NCBI RefSeq assembly: GCF_036365525.1
Contig: NC_090397.1
Coordinates: forward strand, 51,884,318-51,948,317
Origin: Heterodontus francisci
Taxonomy: Eukaryota
Reading direction: 5' to 3'
DNA: 64,000 nt
Shown piece by piece: positions 52,163 to 64,000 of this stretch. Positions within the stretch are counted from its first letter, which is position 1. Each line of letters opens with the position of its first letter. The position numbers were made by a program, and so were the translations under genes. The notes under the pieces are model-generated. The model was given only the letters and a program-made list of their open reading frames with translations, was not told the origin of the DNA and searched no databases.

Positions 52163-55100
52163 GGCTAAGGTAAAAAGGCAACTTTTATATTTCAATATGT
52201 GTGTTATGCTTTACTTCATTACTGGTTAAGACTTGTTTTATAATAAACTGATAATTTTGTTGTTTATTAAAGAAACCTGGTTGGTGGGTTTAATTCTGGG
52301 CAAAATAGAGTATATGATTGACCGTATCGGTGAGTGGGAAAATTTAAATATATGTAGTGACCTGTGGAGAAGTGGGACTAGAATAAACAGTGCACTCCTC
52401 CCGCTTCAGTCGTAACATATAATTGGGGGCTTTTTGCAGGATAAACCCAATGCCGACAATTGTAAGTGGGGTAATAATAATTGAAAAGGGCAAAAAAACA
52501 GGTTTCTTGTGCAATAGAATAAAGTTTACTTGACCTGGATGTCTTTAACAGCCGCTGCGACTTTTCTGAGGACGGAGGATGTATCCCTGAGTGATTTGAG
52601 GAATTTAACCAAGGCTAAGCAAACAGCATTGGCAGCAAAACTGGGGTTAGAGTTGGAGTTAGAGTTAAAACCAGGAGCTAAGACAGCATACGTAACTGAA
52701 GTAGTAGCACAACATTTGCAATTGGAAGAAGGTGGCAAACCAGAGGATAGTGCAGTTGAATTAGCTAAAATTCTGTTACAGATGAGGCAGCTTGAACTTG
52801 ACAAGGAAAAAGGAAAAGCAATAGAATGGGAAAAACTTGAACTTGAAAGAGAATTGACAGTGAGAAACTTGAACTTGAGGAAAAGCAAAGAGAAAGTGAA
52901 AGAGAAGGAAAAGAATTCAAATGAAAAAAAGATGGAACTAAGACAAAGGGGTGGCCCTGACTCCAGTGAAAGCTCTGGTGAGGAAAGATCTGACACCAGC
53001 CCAGGACTCAGCAGAAAGCTGTTCAAATTTGTACAAACCCTCCCTAAGTTTGAGGAAAGGGACGTAGAGGCATTTTTCATTTCTTTTGAAAAGATAGCCA
53101 AACAGAGGAAGTGACTGAAGGAAAGCTGGGCACTGCTTATGCAAAGCAAGTTGATGGACAGAGTTCATGAAGTTTATGCCATGCTTTCTGAGGAGACTTC
53201 TGCAGATTATGCAATGGCAATCATGGCTATTCTCACTGTGTATGAATTAGTCCCTGAAGCATATAGGCAGAAATTTGGCACCTCTGGAGATTGTCTGGGC
53301 AGACCTATATAGAATGAGAGGGTAAAGCAAATTAATTTTGATCATTGGATACAAGCCCTAAAGGTGGAGGCCATGTATGAGAACCTCAGGGAACTAATTC
53401 TCCTGAAAGAACCCATGTAGAGAACCAGAAGGTTTCAATGGCCAAACAGGCAGCGGAAATTGCTGATGATTATGAGCTTCTGTATAAGCCCAAACTCTTT
53501 GTCCATCACCCCCACAAACCCGAGAAGGATAGAAGGTGGGAGGGTGAAAGGAAGGCAAGTAGCCGGGGACAAGAAGGGACAGCTGGGAATGCCCCGGGAT
53601 CTCCTCCTCAGGCCAGAAAGGAAGATACCGAGGATGGAAGTCAGGTCCGCAAGCCTAAATGTTACCACTGGCACAAGATGGAACATCTTCATGCACAATG
53701 CTGGAAGTTGTGGGGTAAACCCATGAGAGTTATTGGCGAACACAAAGCCAATGCAGAGAATGTGGCCCTAACTGAGAGTACAGCAGATCAGGCTGCAGCT
53801 CTGACTGCGCTCTAAGGCCAAATACAAAAACCAATGTGAGTGCAGGGGTTGTGAATAAGATACCTGAGAGTTATAGGGAATTCTTGTCAAAAGGAAAAGT
53901 AACTTCTTATCCCTCAAGTGAGGCAGGTAAACCTACAGTTGTACTTAGGGATGCAGGAGGCACCCAAACTCTTTTGCTGGGGAAAGGCATAACATTTCCA
54001 CCAGAGAACGCACAGAATGCTAAAGTTTTAGTGAATGGTATTGGCAGGGAGTATATACTTGTACCTTTGTATCGGGTGTACCTAGCATGTGATCTAATGT
54101 CTGGACCGGTAACTGTAGGAGTTGTCCATAGTTTGCCAATAGACAGAGTTGACCTACTCCTGGGAAATGATGTAGCCGGAGCAAAAGTAGTAGCTTCTCC
54201 AGTAATCAGGGAAAAACCAAGTGAAGTTAAAGAGACAGAAGAGTTGCAGGAAAAGGTTCCAGGAATTTTTCTTTCTTGTGTAGTAACCCAAGCAATGGCT
54301 AAAGAAGTTCCACTGTCGGAGGTAAAATTGGCACCACAGACAGATAGCCGAATATCTGAAACTTTCATTGGGGATTTGAATAATCCAAAGAAAATGTTTC
54401 TGACCATGCTCAGCAAGCAGATCCAAAGTTAAATCAAGTGGCGCAATCAGCTCTAACAGAAGCTGAGGCAAAAGGAGTTCCAGAAGGCTATTATATTAAA
54501 AATGGGATTCTGATGAGGAAGTGGCGACCTCCTCACTGACCTGAGGATGAAGAATGGACGGTAGTTCATCAGATAGTGGTAACGCCAAAGTATCACCGGG
54601 AACTATTAAGGATAGTGCATGGAATTCCTATAGCGGGACATGTGGGGATCCAGAAGACCCAATCACGTATAAGTCAACATTTTTACTGCCCAGGTCTTTC
54701 CAAGGACGTGGTGCGGTTTTGTACAACGTGCCATACGTGCCAGATTGTGGGAAAACTGCAACCTGCCATAAAACCAGCATCTCTAATTCCCATACCAGTT
54801 ATTGGGGAACCATTTAGTAGGGTGTTGATAAACTGTGTAGGACCTTTACCAAAAACAAAAGCGGGACACCAAAATATACTCACTATCATGGATATGGCTA
54901 CTTGGTTCCCAGAGGCCATTCCCTTGAGAACAATTTCTGCTAAGGTACTGGTAGAGAAGTTAACCCAGTTCTTCACTAGGTATGGATTACCAATTGAGAT
55001 TCAGTCAGATCAAGGTTCCAATTTTATGTCTAAAATATTTCAGCAAGTTATGGGTAATTTGGGTATAAAACAGTTAAAGTCTTCAGCCTACCACCCAAAG

Positions 55101-56035
55101 ACATAGGGAGTTTAGAAAGGTACCATCTGACCCTCAAAACAATGATCAGGGCACACTGTCATGAATATCCCTATGATTGGGATAAAGGGCTAGAATTTTT
55201 TTTGTTTGCCACTAGGGATTCACCTAATGAGTCTACTGGTTTTAGTCCTTTTGAATTAGTTTGTGGACGAGATAAGAGGTCCTCTAAAACTAATTAAAGA
55301 AAGGTTTTTGGAATGGATGGATGAATCTTCTGTGCTAGATTATGTATCTATATTCCTGGAACGGCTCACGGAGCTTGCAAAGTGGCTCAAGAGCACTTTA
55401 AAGCTTCCTAAGAAAACTATGAAGAAATGGGCAGACAAGCCTGCCAAAACCTGAACATTTCAACCTGGGGATGAGGTTAGTATTACCACCTTTACAGGGT
55501 GAACCGTTGCAAGCACAGTTCAGTGGTCCATATAAAGTGGTCAAGATGATTGGTAAATTATTTGATTGACACCCCAGATCGCCAGACAAAGAATCGGCTG
55601 TGTCATATCAGTATGTTAAAACAATGTTATCATCGAGAGGAGGATAAGCAAGCACAGGTATGTCAGGTAGTCGGGACAGTGAAGGATGAAAGGGATAGTG
55701 AGGATAAGGCAGAAGGAGGCCTAGACAATTCTCAAATTGAACATCCTGCTATCCAGATAGCTAATACTGAATTGTTAGGGAGATTAGACACTATGCTTTC
55801 ATATTTAGCTGCAGAACAACGAGAAGACCTAACAAGGCTACTTGCAGCATTTAAAAGAGTCTGCAGGGATAAGCCAGGATGTACAACCTTAGCCACATGT
55901 GGATGTAGGGGAATCCGTTCCTAAACAGCATCCTTATCGCTTATGTTCAGAGAAACAGAATTTAAATATATGTTGTGACGTGTGGAGAAGTGCAACCAGA
56001 ATAAACAGTGCATTCTTCCCACTTCGGTCGTAACA
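50489..56035 (+). mobile_element. Gmr1-like Gypsy LTR retrotransposon, degraded, RT/RNaseH deleted
   Basis: 5' LTR TATTACGA(50489)..TCGTAACA(52417); PBS-like TGGGGGC 52424; gag, degenerate CCHC, protease LRDAGG, integrase HHCC plus SDQGSNF core, then QHPYR; 3' LTR stub 55958-56035; CAAT TSD on both sides. Confidence 0.9.
50614..51512 (-). mobile_element. Solo LTR nested in the Gypsy 5' LTR
   Basis: TGTTACG..CATGACA; flanks caag/caaa; reverse homologue of 39792-40728. Confidence 0.85.
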
Positions 56036-56241
56036 CAATCTATGTCCACATGCAATTATCCTCATAGTCTGTCATGCTCTCTAATATGAACAGTCGGTTG
56101 GTAGTACAGAACTTGAATATTGCTGAAAAGAGAGACGTGTTGCCGAAGCTTTTCGTCTTGCACTCATCAGGCCAAATGCAAGAATGCCAAATTTCAAACG
56201 ATCACAACAATTTACACCACAGGAGAAAAGGGTGCTGATTT
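55883..56241 (+). repeat. ~355-bp direct repeat, left copy (right copy 57773-58126)
   Basis: acaaccttagccaca..aaaagggtgctgattt on both sides of the RTE. Confidence 0.92.
56138..56180 (-). ncRNA. Penelope-type minimal hammerhead ribozyme motif (copy at 58024-58066)
   Basis: CTGATGAG-tgcaaga-CGAAA-AGCT-TC on - strand. Confidence 0.55.
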
Positions 56242-56247
56242 ATAGGC

Positions 56248-57772
56248 TTCGCTCGTGTCGCTTTAAACAGACTCCAGAAGCTGGCTGAGTGTGTCTACCC
56301 TGAGGCACAGTGTGGCTTTCAAGCAGAGAGATTCACCATCGACATGCTGTTCTCCCTTCGCCAGCTACAGGAGAAATGCCGTGAACAACAGATGCCCCTC
56401 TACGTTGCTTTCATTGATCTCACCAAAGCCTTTGACCTCATCAGCAGAAGTGGTCTCTTCAGACTACTAGAAAAGATTGGATGCTCACCAAAGCTACTAA
56501 GTATCATCACCTCATTCCATGACAACATGAAAGGCACAATTCAGCATAACGGCACCTCATCAGATCCCTTTCCAATCCTGAGTGGCGTGAAACACGGCTG
56601 TGTTCTCGCACCTACACTGTTTGGGATCTTCTTCTCCCTGCTGCTCTCACATGCATTCAAGTTCTCAGGAGAAGGAATTTTCTTCCACACAAGATCAGGG
56701 GGCAGGTTGTTCAACCTTGCCCGTCTAAAAGCGAAGACCAAAGTACGGAACGTCCTCATCAGGGAACTCCTCTTTGCTGACGATGCTGCATTAACATCTC
56801 ACACTGGAGTGTCTGCAGAGACTCATCGACAGGTTTGCGGCTGCCTGCAATGAAATTGGCCTAACCATCAGCCTCAAGAAAACGAACATCATGGGACAGG
56901 ACGTCAGAAATGCCCCATCTATCAATATTGCCGACCACACTCTGGAAGTGGTTCAAGAGTTCACCTACCTAGTCTCAACTATCACCAGTAACCTGTCTCT
57001 CGATGCAGAATTCAACAAGCACATGGGAAAGGCTTCCTCTGCTATGTCCAGACTGGCCAAGAGAGTGTGGGAAAATGGCGCACTGACACAGAACACAAAA
57101 GTCCAAGTGTATCAAGCCTGTGTCCTCAGTACCTTGCTCTACGGCAGCGAGGCCTGGACAACGTACATCAGCCAAGAGTGACGTCTCAATTCATTCCATC
57201 TTCGCTGCCTCCGGAAAATCCTTGGCATCAGGTGGCAGGACCGTATCTCCAACACAGAAGTCCTCAAGGCGGCCAACATCCCTAGCATATACACCCTACT
57301 AAGCCAGCGGTGCCTGAGATGGCTTGGCCATGTGAGCCGCATGGAAGATGGCAGGATCCCCAAGGACACATTGTACAGCAAGCTCGTCACTGGTACCAGA
57401 CCCACCAGCCGTCCATGGCTCCGCTTTAAAGACGTCTGAAAACGCGACATGAAGTCCTGTGACATTGATCACAAGTCGTGGGAGTCAGTTGCCAGCGATC
57501 ACCAGAGCTGGCGGGCAACCATAAAGGCGGGGCTAAAGCGTGGCGAGTCGAAGAGACTTAGCAGTTGGCAGGAAAAAAGACAGAAGCGCAAGGAGAGAGC
57601 CAACTGTGTAACAGCCCCGACAACCAATTTTTTCTGCAGCACCTGTGGAAGAGTCTGTCACTCTAGAATTGGCCTTTATAGCCACTCCAGGCGCTGCTGC
57701 ACAAAGCACTGACCACCTCCAGGCGCTTACCCATTGTCTCTCGAGACAAGGAGGCCAAAGAAGAAGAAGAAG
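56248..57772 (+). mobile_element. Older 5'-truncated RTE LINE, same family as 46657
   Basis: RT motifs with frameshift and stops; (GAA)n tail. Confidence 0.95.
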
Positions 57773-57984
57773 ACAACCTTAGCCACACATGATGTGGATG
57801 TAGGGGAATCCGTTCCGAAACAGCATCCTTATCGCTTATGTTCAGAGAAACAGAATTTAAATATATGTTGTGAAGTGTGGTGAAGTGCAACCAGAATAAA
57901 CAGTGCATTCTTCCCACCTCGGTCGAGCACAATCTATGTCTATAAGCAATTATCCTCATAGTCTGTCATGCTGTCTAATAGGTT

Positions 57985-58420
57985 GGTAGTACAGAACTTG
58001 AATATTGCTGAAAAGAGAGACGTGTTGCCGAAGCTTTTCATCTTGCACTCATCAGGCCAAATGCAAGAATGCCAAATTTCAAACGATCACAACAATTTAT
58101 ACTACAGGAGAAAAGGGTGCTGATTTGTCGGCAGGTCGACTTGATTGGCTGAGGCGTTGCCATGGAGAAAGCAATGTGAAACTATAGGCTCCTAAAGCTT
58201 CTGGGTAGTTCAAAAAAGGCACCAGGCTTGAACATATTCCTTTTGTTTGCAGAGACGGGTCCCTGCGTATGAGTGTATGTTCCTTCTTGCAAGTGTAAAT
58301 GAGCCACGTTACGAGCTTGACTGATTATCTTGAATTGGTTGTTAGCGTAGCTATTAATGCACTCAGGATAATATGACAAATGAACAAACTCAGTTATCAT
58401 TCTCTTTGTGCCTCTGGACA
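57985..58420 (-). mobile_element. Penelope-like element 3' end (GIY-YIG C-terminus plus pLTR)
   Basis: YANNQFKIISQARNVAHLHLQEGTYTHTQGPV followed by hammerhead. Confidence 0.65.
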
Positions 58421-58494
58421 AATAATTTACATAAAGTCCCAGCACAGTTTCTTACGATAAATCACCATGTAGTTCTTGCCAATCTGAAAAATCA

Positions 58495-60780
58495 CTGATC
58501 TACCATGTTGTTGGAGCTGCATCCATCCAGGCAAATAGACAGTATTCCATTAAACTCTTGTCCTGTGCCTTGTAGGTGGTGGAAAGGCTTTCGGGATTCA
58601 GGAAGTGAGTCATTCGCCACAGAATACCCAACCTCTAATCTGCTCTTGTAGCCAAAGTATTTCACAGAATCACAGAATTGTTACAGTGCAGGAGGCCATT
58701 CAGCCCATCGTGTCCACACCAGCTCTCTGAAAGAGCAGTTCACTCAGTTCCATTCCCCCGCCTTCTCCCCGTAACCCTGCACATTTTTCCTTTTCATATT
58801 TTTCTGTGGCTCGCCGAGTTAAGCTTCTGATTAATGGTGATCCCCAGGACGTTGGTGGGGAATTTGATTATGGTAATGTCATTGAAGATCAAGCGGAAAA
58901 GGTTAGACTCCTCCTTATTGGAGATGGCGATTGCCTGGCACTTATGTGGCATGAATGGGGTGGTAATTGGCCAGATTGGATCAAGTTGCATTTGTGGACA
59001 GGTCATACCTGGGCAATTTTCTGCATTGTTGGATAGATGCCATTGTTGTATCCGTACTAGAACAGTTTGGCTAGAGACGCAGATAGGTCTGGAGCACAGG
59101 TCTTCAGCACTACAGTCCAGATGTTATCAAAGCCCATTGCCTTTTCTGTATCCAGTGCACAGCTGTTTCTCGATATTACGTGGAGTGACTCAAATTGGCT
59201 GATATCCGTGATGGTGGAGACCTCAGGAAGTCAAGATGATCATCCACTTGGCACTTCTGGCAGAAGATGTTTGCAAGCACATCCAACATTATCTTTTGCA
59301 CTCACTTACTGGGCTCTGTCATTGTGGTTGAAGATGTTCATGGAGCCTCCTCCTCCAGTTACCTAGTTAATTGTGCATCCCCATTCATGACTTGAAGTGG
59401 CATTACTGCAGAGTGTTAACCTGATCTGTCTATAGCATGCTGCTTCTGTCGTTCAGCATGCATGTAATCCTGTGTTATAGCTTCACCGGGTTGGCATTTT
59501 CAGGTATGCCTTGTTTATGGCATGTTGTTTGACATTACTCATTGAACTGGGTTTATTCCCCTGGCTTGATGGTAATGATAAGAGTGGGGTATATGCCAGG
59601 CCATGAGGTTGCAGATTGTAGTGGAAGACAATTCTGCTGCTTCTAATGGTCCAAAGTCTCATGGTTTTCCAGTTTTGAGCTGCTTGTTCTTAATTTATCC
59701 CATTTAGCTTGGTGGTAGCATCACACTGTCATAAACAAATGCATCTGTGTCAGGTAGATTGATGATGACAAGGTCAAGTAGCTTATTCCCTGGTGTTGGT
59801 TCTTTCAACACTTACTCCAAGCCCATTCTGATAGCTATGTCCTTCGGGACTTGGCCAGCTCAGTCAGTAGTGGTGCTACTGAACCACTCTTGTGATGGGA
59901 ATTGAACATCCCACCAAGAGTAAATTCTGTGCCCTTACTACCCTCAGCGCTTCTTCCAAGTGGTGTTGAACATAGAGGAGTACTGATTCATCAGTTGAGG
60001 GATGACGGAAAGTGGTAATCAGCAGGAGGTTTCCTTGCCTATGTTTGATTTGATGCAATTAGATTTCATGGGTGTGAGAATAAGAAATACTGAAATGTTG
60101 TTTCTACAGCTTGTGGAAAATTACCGAGAAGTCATTTCTACACAACATAATGAAATCACTGAAAAAGAGAACTGATAAGGGTATGTAAGTAAAGACCTTG
60201 AGACAGTACAGCAGTTAAAAATTGTGCTTAGGCAGAGAAAAGAAAACAGCAAGAGTTAGAACAAAGGATGTAGTGAATAAGAAACTGCCCCACTAAGATA
60301 AAGGCTGACAGCTGCAAGTTAAAACAATGGAGAGCCAAATAAGGTAAAACAAAAACAAGAGTCAGGGGCTCGAATGTTAGAGTAGGGGGAGAAGTAAACA
60401 GAGGAGGAGACTGTAGCAACCATAGGATAGGTTAGTGTCATAATACGTTATAACCAATAATGTAAAATAAAGGCGTGGACAAATGGATTTGTATTGTATA
60501 AACATGAACTGAATATGTTGATGGGTGTGCCTGCTTGTAGGACACCCGATCTTGCAAGAACGTTAAATAAACTTACTTCTTCAGAGTTTGACTTGGTGTA
60601 AATTATTATTAAGTGGGCTACGTTTCTCACAATGGGGCTCAGGCGTCATTGTTGTGGACTCCCAGGGCCACTCTCTCTTTACTGTATACCACTGTACTAC
60701 CACCTCTGGTGTTTCTTTCCTGCCAGGACAGGACATACCCAGGGATAGTAATGGAGGTGTCTGGGATATTGGTTCTCCCT
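58495..60780 (-). mobile_element. Degraded CR1/L2-group LINE with nested CR1 tail (58663-58805) and solo LTR
   Basis: Endonuclease-region HQIKHRQGNLLLITTFRHPSTDESVLLYVQHHLEEALR; RT-region remnants. Confidence 0.7.
60073..60631 (+). mobile_element. Solo LTR (third family)
   Basis: TGTGAGAA..TTCTCACA inverted ends, ATGGG 5-bp TSD, AATAAA near 60566. Confidence 0.85.
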
Positions 60781-61099
60781 TTCTCTGTCTACCTCCCTCG
60801 CTGGTTCTCATTCCTTCCATTTAATTAACCCTGTTTCTGCTTCTAATTCTGTTGTCCATCACTGTTTATCTGACTTTCTATTTCTCTCAGTTTTGAACCT
60901 GTTTCTCTCCCTGTTTGTTTTCTAGTTCTCAATTCTCTCTCCCTGTTTAGCCCTGATTTTGTCTCTCTTTCTGTTTCTATTTCCTATACTTTTGGTTTCT
61001 CCTTTTTCTGTTACTGTCTTCCTACTTCACTGTATACTCCTGTTCCCTTTAACCTTGCCCTTTTTCTTAATATCTCTACCTTTCTCTCTCTAAATCCCA

Positions 61100-61198
61100 G
61101 TTGTTATGGTAACGCTCCCGGATGTGTTGCCTTGTGTTGAGTTTTGGTTCCGGGTTGCAGTGCTGATGTGGCCGCTTTCGCTGGAGAAGCGGGTGAGT
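61100..61198 (+). promoter_or_regulatory. Candidate CpG-rich promoter and non-coding first exon of an unidentified + strand gene
   Basis: X-box GTTGTTATGGTAAC 61100-13, ETS CCGGATGT 61118-25, donor CGG/GTGAGT at 61193; CpG density rises abruptly. Confidence 0.55.
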
Positions 61199-61369
61199 GA
61201 GAGACTGGCCAGAGCTTTTGCTACTTGTCCCGTGTCCCAACCAGCTAGTCTGAGACTACGCCGCACCGTGAACCGGCTTCCTGCCGGGACTGGAGTTGTG
61301 GCCAAGCCGCGGATTAGAGGGAGGAGTTCGGGCATAACAACGGGAGAGGGAGGCAGTGGGCCCGGCTCA

Positions 61370-64000
61370 GGGACACCGGGGGCGGATAACGCCCGGATAC
61401 GAGGGGGGAGGGGGGGAAGACACTTGGACACCAGGGGCCGAGGAGGAGTGGTGTGGGGGCAGGGACAGGGAGAAAGACACCCGGATGCCAAGGGGGAGAC
61501 ACCCGGATACCAAGGGCCGAGGGGGAGGGGAAGACAACTGGATGCCAGAGGAGGAGGAGGGGGGGGGAAAGACACCCGGATACCAGGGGCTGAGGGGGGG
61601 GGGGAAGACACCCGGATACCAGAGGCTGAGGAGGAGGGGGGGGGAAAGACACCCGGATACCAGGGGCTGAGGGGGGGGGGGAAGACACCCGGATACCAGG
61701 GGCCGTGGGGGTGGGGAAGACATCCGGATACCAGGGACCAAGGGGTGGGGGAAGACACCCAGATACCAAGGGCCGAGGGGGAAGACACCTGGGTACCAGG
61801 GGCTGAGGAGGGGTGGGGGGGACACCCGGATACCAGGGGCTGAGGAGGAGGGGAGGGAGGGGTGGGGGTAGACACCCGGGTACCAGGGGCTGAGGAGGGG
61901 TGGGGGGAAGACACCCAGATACCAGGGGCTGAGGAGGGGGGGAAGACACCCGGATACCAGGGGCTGAGGAGGGGTGGGGGGAAGACACCCGGATACCAGG
62001 GGCCGAGGGGGTGGGGTGGGGTGGGCAAAGACACCCGGATACCAGGGGCTGAGGAGGGGTGGGGGGAAGACACCCGGATACCAGGGGCCAGCACGGGAAA
62101 CAGATACAGGGGGGAATGCAGATACCAGCGGCCGGGGTGGGGGGACACACCTGGATACGAGGGGCCAGCGGGGGGAACACATACTGGGGGTGAGGGGAAC
62201 ACAGATACCAGGGGCCGGGGGAGGAGGAACACATGGATACCAGGGGCTGGAAGTGTGGGGGGGAACGCGGATACCGGGGGAGGGGGAACATGGATACCAG
62301 GGGCCGGGGAGGAGGAACACCCGGATGCTGGGGGAGGAGGAACACCCGGATGCCGGGGGAGGGGGAACACTCGGATACCAGGGACTGTGGAGAGGTGAAA
62401 GAATACCCGGATATCAGGGGCCGGGAGTTGGGGGAAACACCAGGATTCCGGATACAGGGAGAGACGCCTGGATACGGGGTGGGGGTTGGGGTGGTGAAGA
62501 ATGCTTGGATATGGGGCGGGGGGTGGGGTGCCGGGAAGAAAACCTGGATACGACGGGGAGGTGGGGGAAAAAACACCTGGATACGGGGGGTTGGGGGCGG
62601 GGGAAGAATGCCCGGACACGGGAGGGGTGAATGACGGAACAACAGTTGGATACAAGGTGGGGGGCAGGAGAAGGAATGCCCAGATGCTGACGGGGGATGG
62701 AAACACCCACAGATGGGGGGAGACACCCGGATACCAGGGGCCGAGGAGTAGTTGGGGGGGGGGTGGAGAAAGACACCCAGATACCAGGGGCCGAGGAGTA
62801 GTTGGGGGGGGTGGTGGAGAAAGATATCAGTGGCCGAGGAGGAGTGGGGGTGGGGAGGGGAGAAAGACACCCGGATACCAGTGGCTGAGGAGGATTGGGG
62901 GTGGGGGGGTAGAAAGACACCCGGATACCAGTGGCCGAGGAGGAGTGGGGGTGGGGGGGGAGAAAGACACCCGGATACCAGTGGCTGAGGAGGAGTGGGG
63001 GGGGGGGGGTGGAGAAAGGCACCCGGATACCAGGGGCCGAGTGGGGGTGGGGGGGGGGGGGAGAAAGACACCCGGATACCAGTGGCTGAGGAGGAGTGGG
63101 GGGGTGGTAGGGGTGGAGAAAGGCACCCGGATACCAGGGGCCGAGGAGGGGTGGGGGGGTAGAAAGACACCCAGATACCAGTGGCCGAGGAGGAGTGGGG
63201 GTGGGGGGGGGAGAAAGACACCCGGATACCAGGGGCCGAGGAGGAGTGGGGGTGCGGGGGGAGAAAGACACCCGGATACCAGGGGCCGAGGAGGAGGGTG
63301 GAGAAAGACACCCGGATACCAGGGGCCGAGGAGGAGTGGGGGTGTGGGGGCGGGGGGTGGAGAAAGATACCCGGATACCAGGGGCTGAGGAGGAGGGGTG
63401 GGGGGGTGGAGAAAGACACCTGGATACCAGGGGCCGAGGGGGGAGATACCAGGGGCCGAGGGAGGGTGGGGGGGGGGGAGAGACACCCAGCTCCAGGGGC
63501 CAGCACGGGAAACGGATAGTGGGGGGAGGGGGGAATGCAGATACTAGTGGCCGGGTGGGGGTGGGGGGGACACACCTGGATACTGGGGGCCAGCGGGGGG
63601 AACACAGATACTGGGGGAGAGGGGAACACACGGATACCAGGGGCCGGGGGAGGAGGAACACACGGATACCAGGGGCCGGGGGAGGAGGAACACACGGATA
63701 CCAGGGGCCGGGGGAGGAGGAACACACGGATACCAGGGGCCGGGGGAGGAGGAACACCCGGATACCAGGGGCCGGGGGAGGAGGAACACCCGGATACCCG
63801 GGGCAGGAGGTGCGGTGGGGGAACACGGATACCGGGGGAGGGGGGACATGGATACCAGTGGCCGGGGAGGAGAAACACCTGGATGCCGGGGGAGGGGCGA
63901 ACACAGATACCAGGGGCTGGGGAGGAGGAACACTTGGATACCAGGGGCCGGGGAGGAGGAACACTCGCATACCAGGGGCCGGGGAGGAGGAACACTCGCA
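61370..64000. repeat. G-rich minisatellite, ~32-48-bp units, core GACACCCGGATACCAGGGGC(C/T)GAGGAGG
   Basis: Dozens of tandem units with variable G-run spacers, running to the window end. Confidence 0.97.

Noticed and set aside
61090-63995. Long Pro/Gly-rich ORFs (up to 893 aa) on both strands
   Set aside because: By-product of a stop-poor minisatellite; open in many frames
61370-64000. CRISPR-like conserved core with variable spacers
   Set aside because: Spacers are G-run variants of each other, context is eukaryotic, no cas genes

Overview
Vertebrate genomic DNA, most likely a shark, judged from HE1-type V-SINEs, DeuSINEs and CR1/L2/RTE/Tx1/Penelope/Harbinger/Gypsy repeats. Two spliced genes can be read that the ORF track largely misses. 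(1) A complete 4-exon, 188-aa guanylate cyclase-activating protein gene (GCAP1-type, - strand, 43556->37507) with a CRX-site-rich promoter. (2) The last four coding exons of an ODF3/CIMAP1 (SHIPPO-repeat) gene on + (24744-30963); a second copy of its terminal exon lies at 1169-1258, because 1-5201 recurs almost identically at 29706-34906 (probable partial-gene tandem duplication). A 200-N gap (12840-13039) is flanked by an apparently identical 6.4-kb overlap, probably an assembly artefact. Other contents: a scrambled two-ORF Harbinger transposon, a Gmr1-like Gypsy element (SCAN-like gag, integrase before RT), a young RTE LINE inside a SINE, an older RTE with a ~355-bp flanking duplication, Penelope-type minimal hammerheads, solo LTRs, and a candidate RFX/ETS promoter with a non-coding first exon followed by a 2.6-kb G-rich minisatellite. 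I see no convincing wholly new biological system; the best leads are structural or evolutionary. All alignments were made by eye and comparisons to known proteins are from memory.
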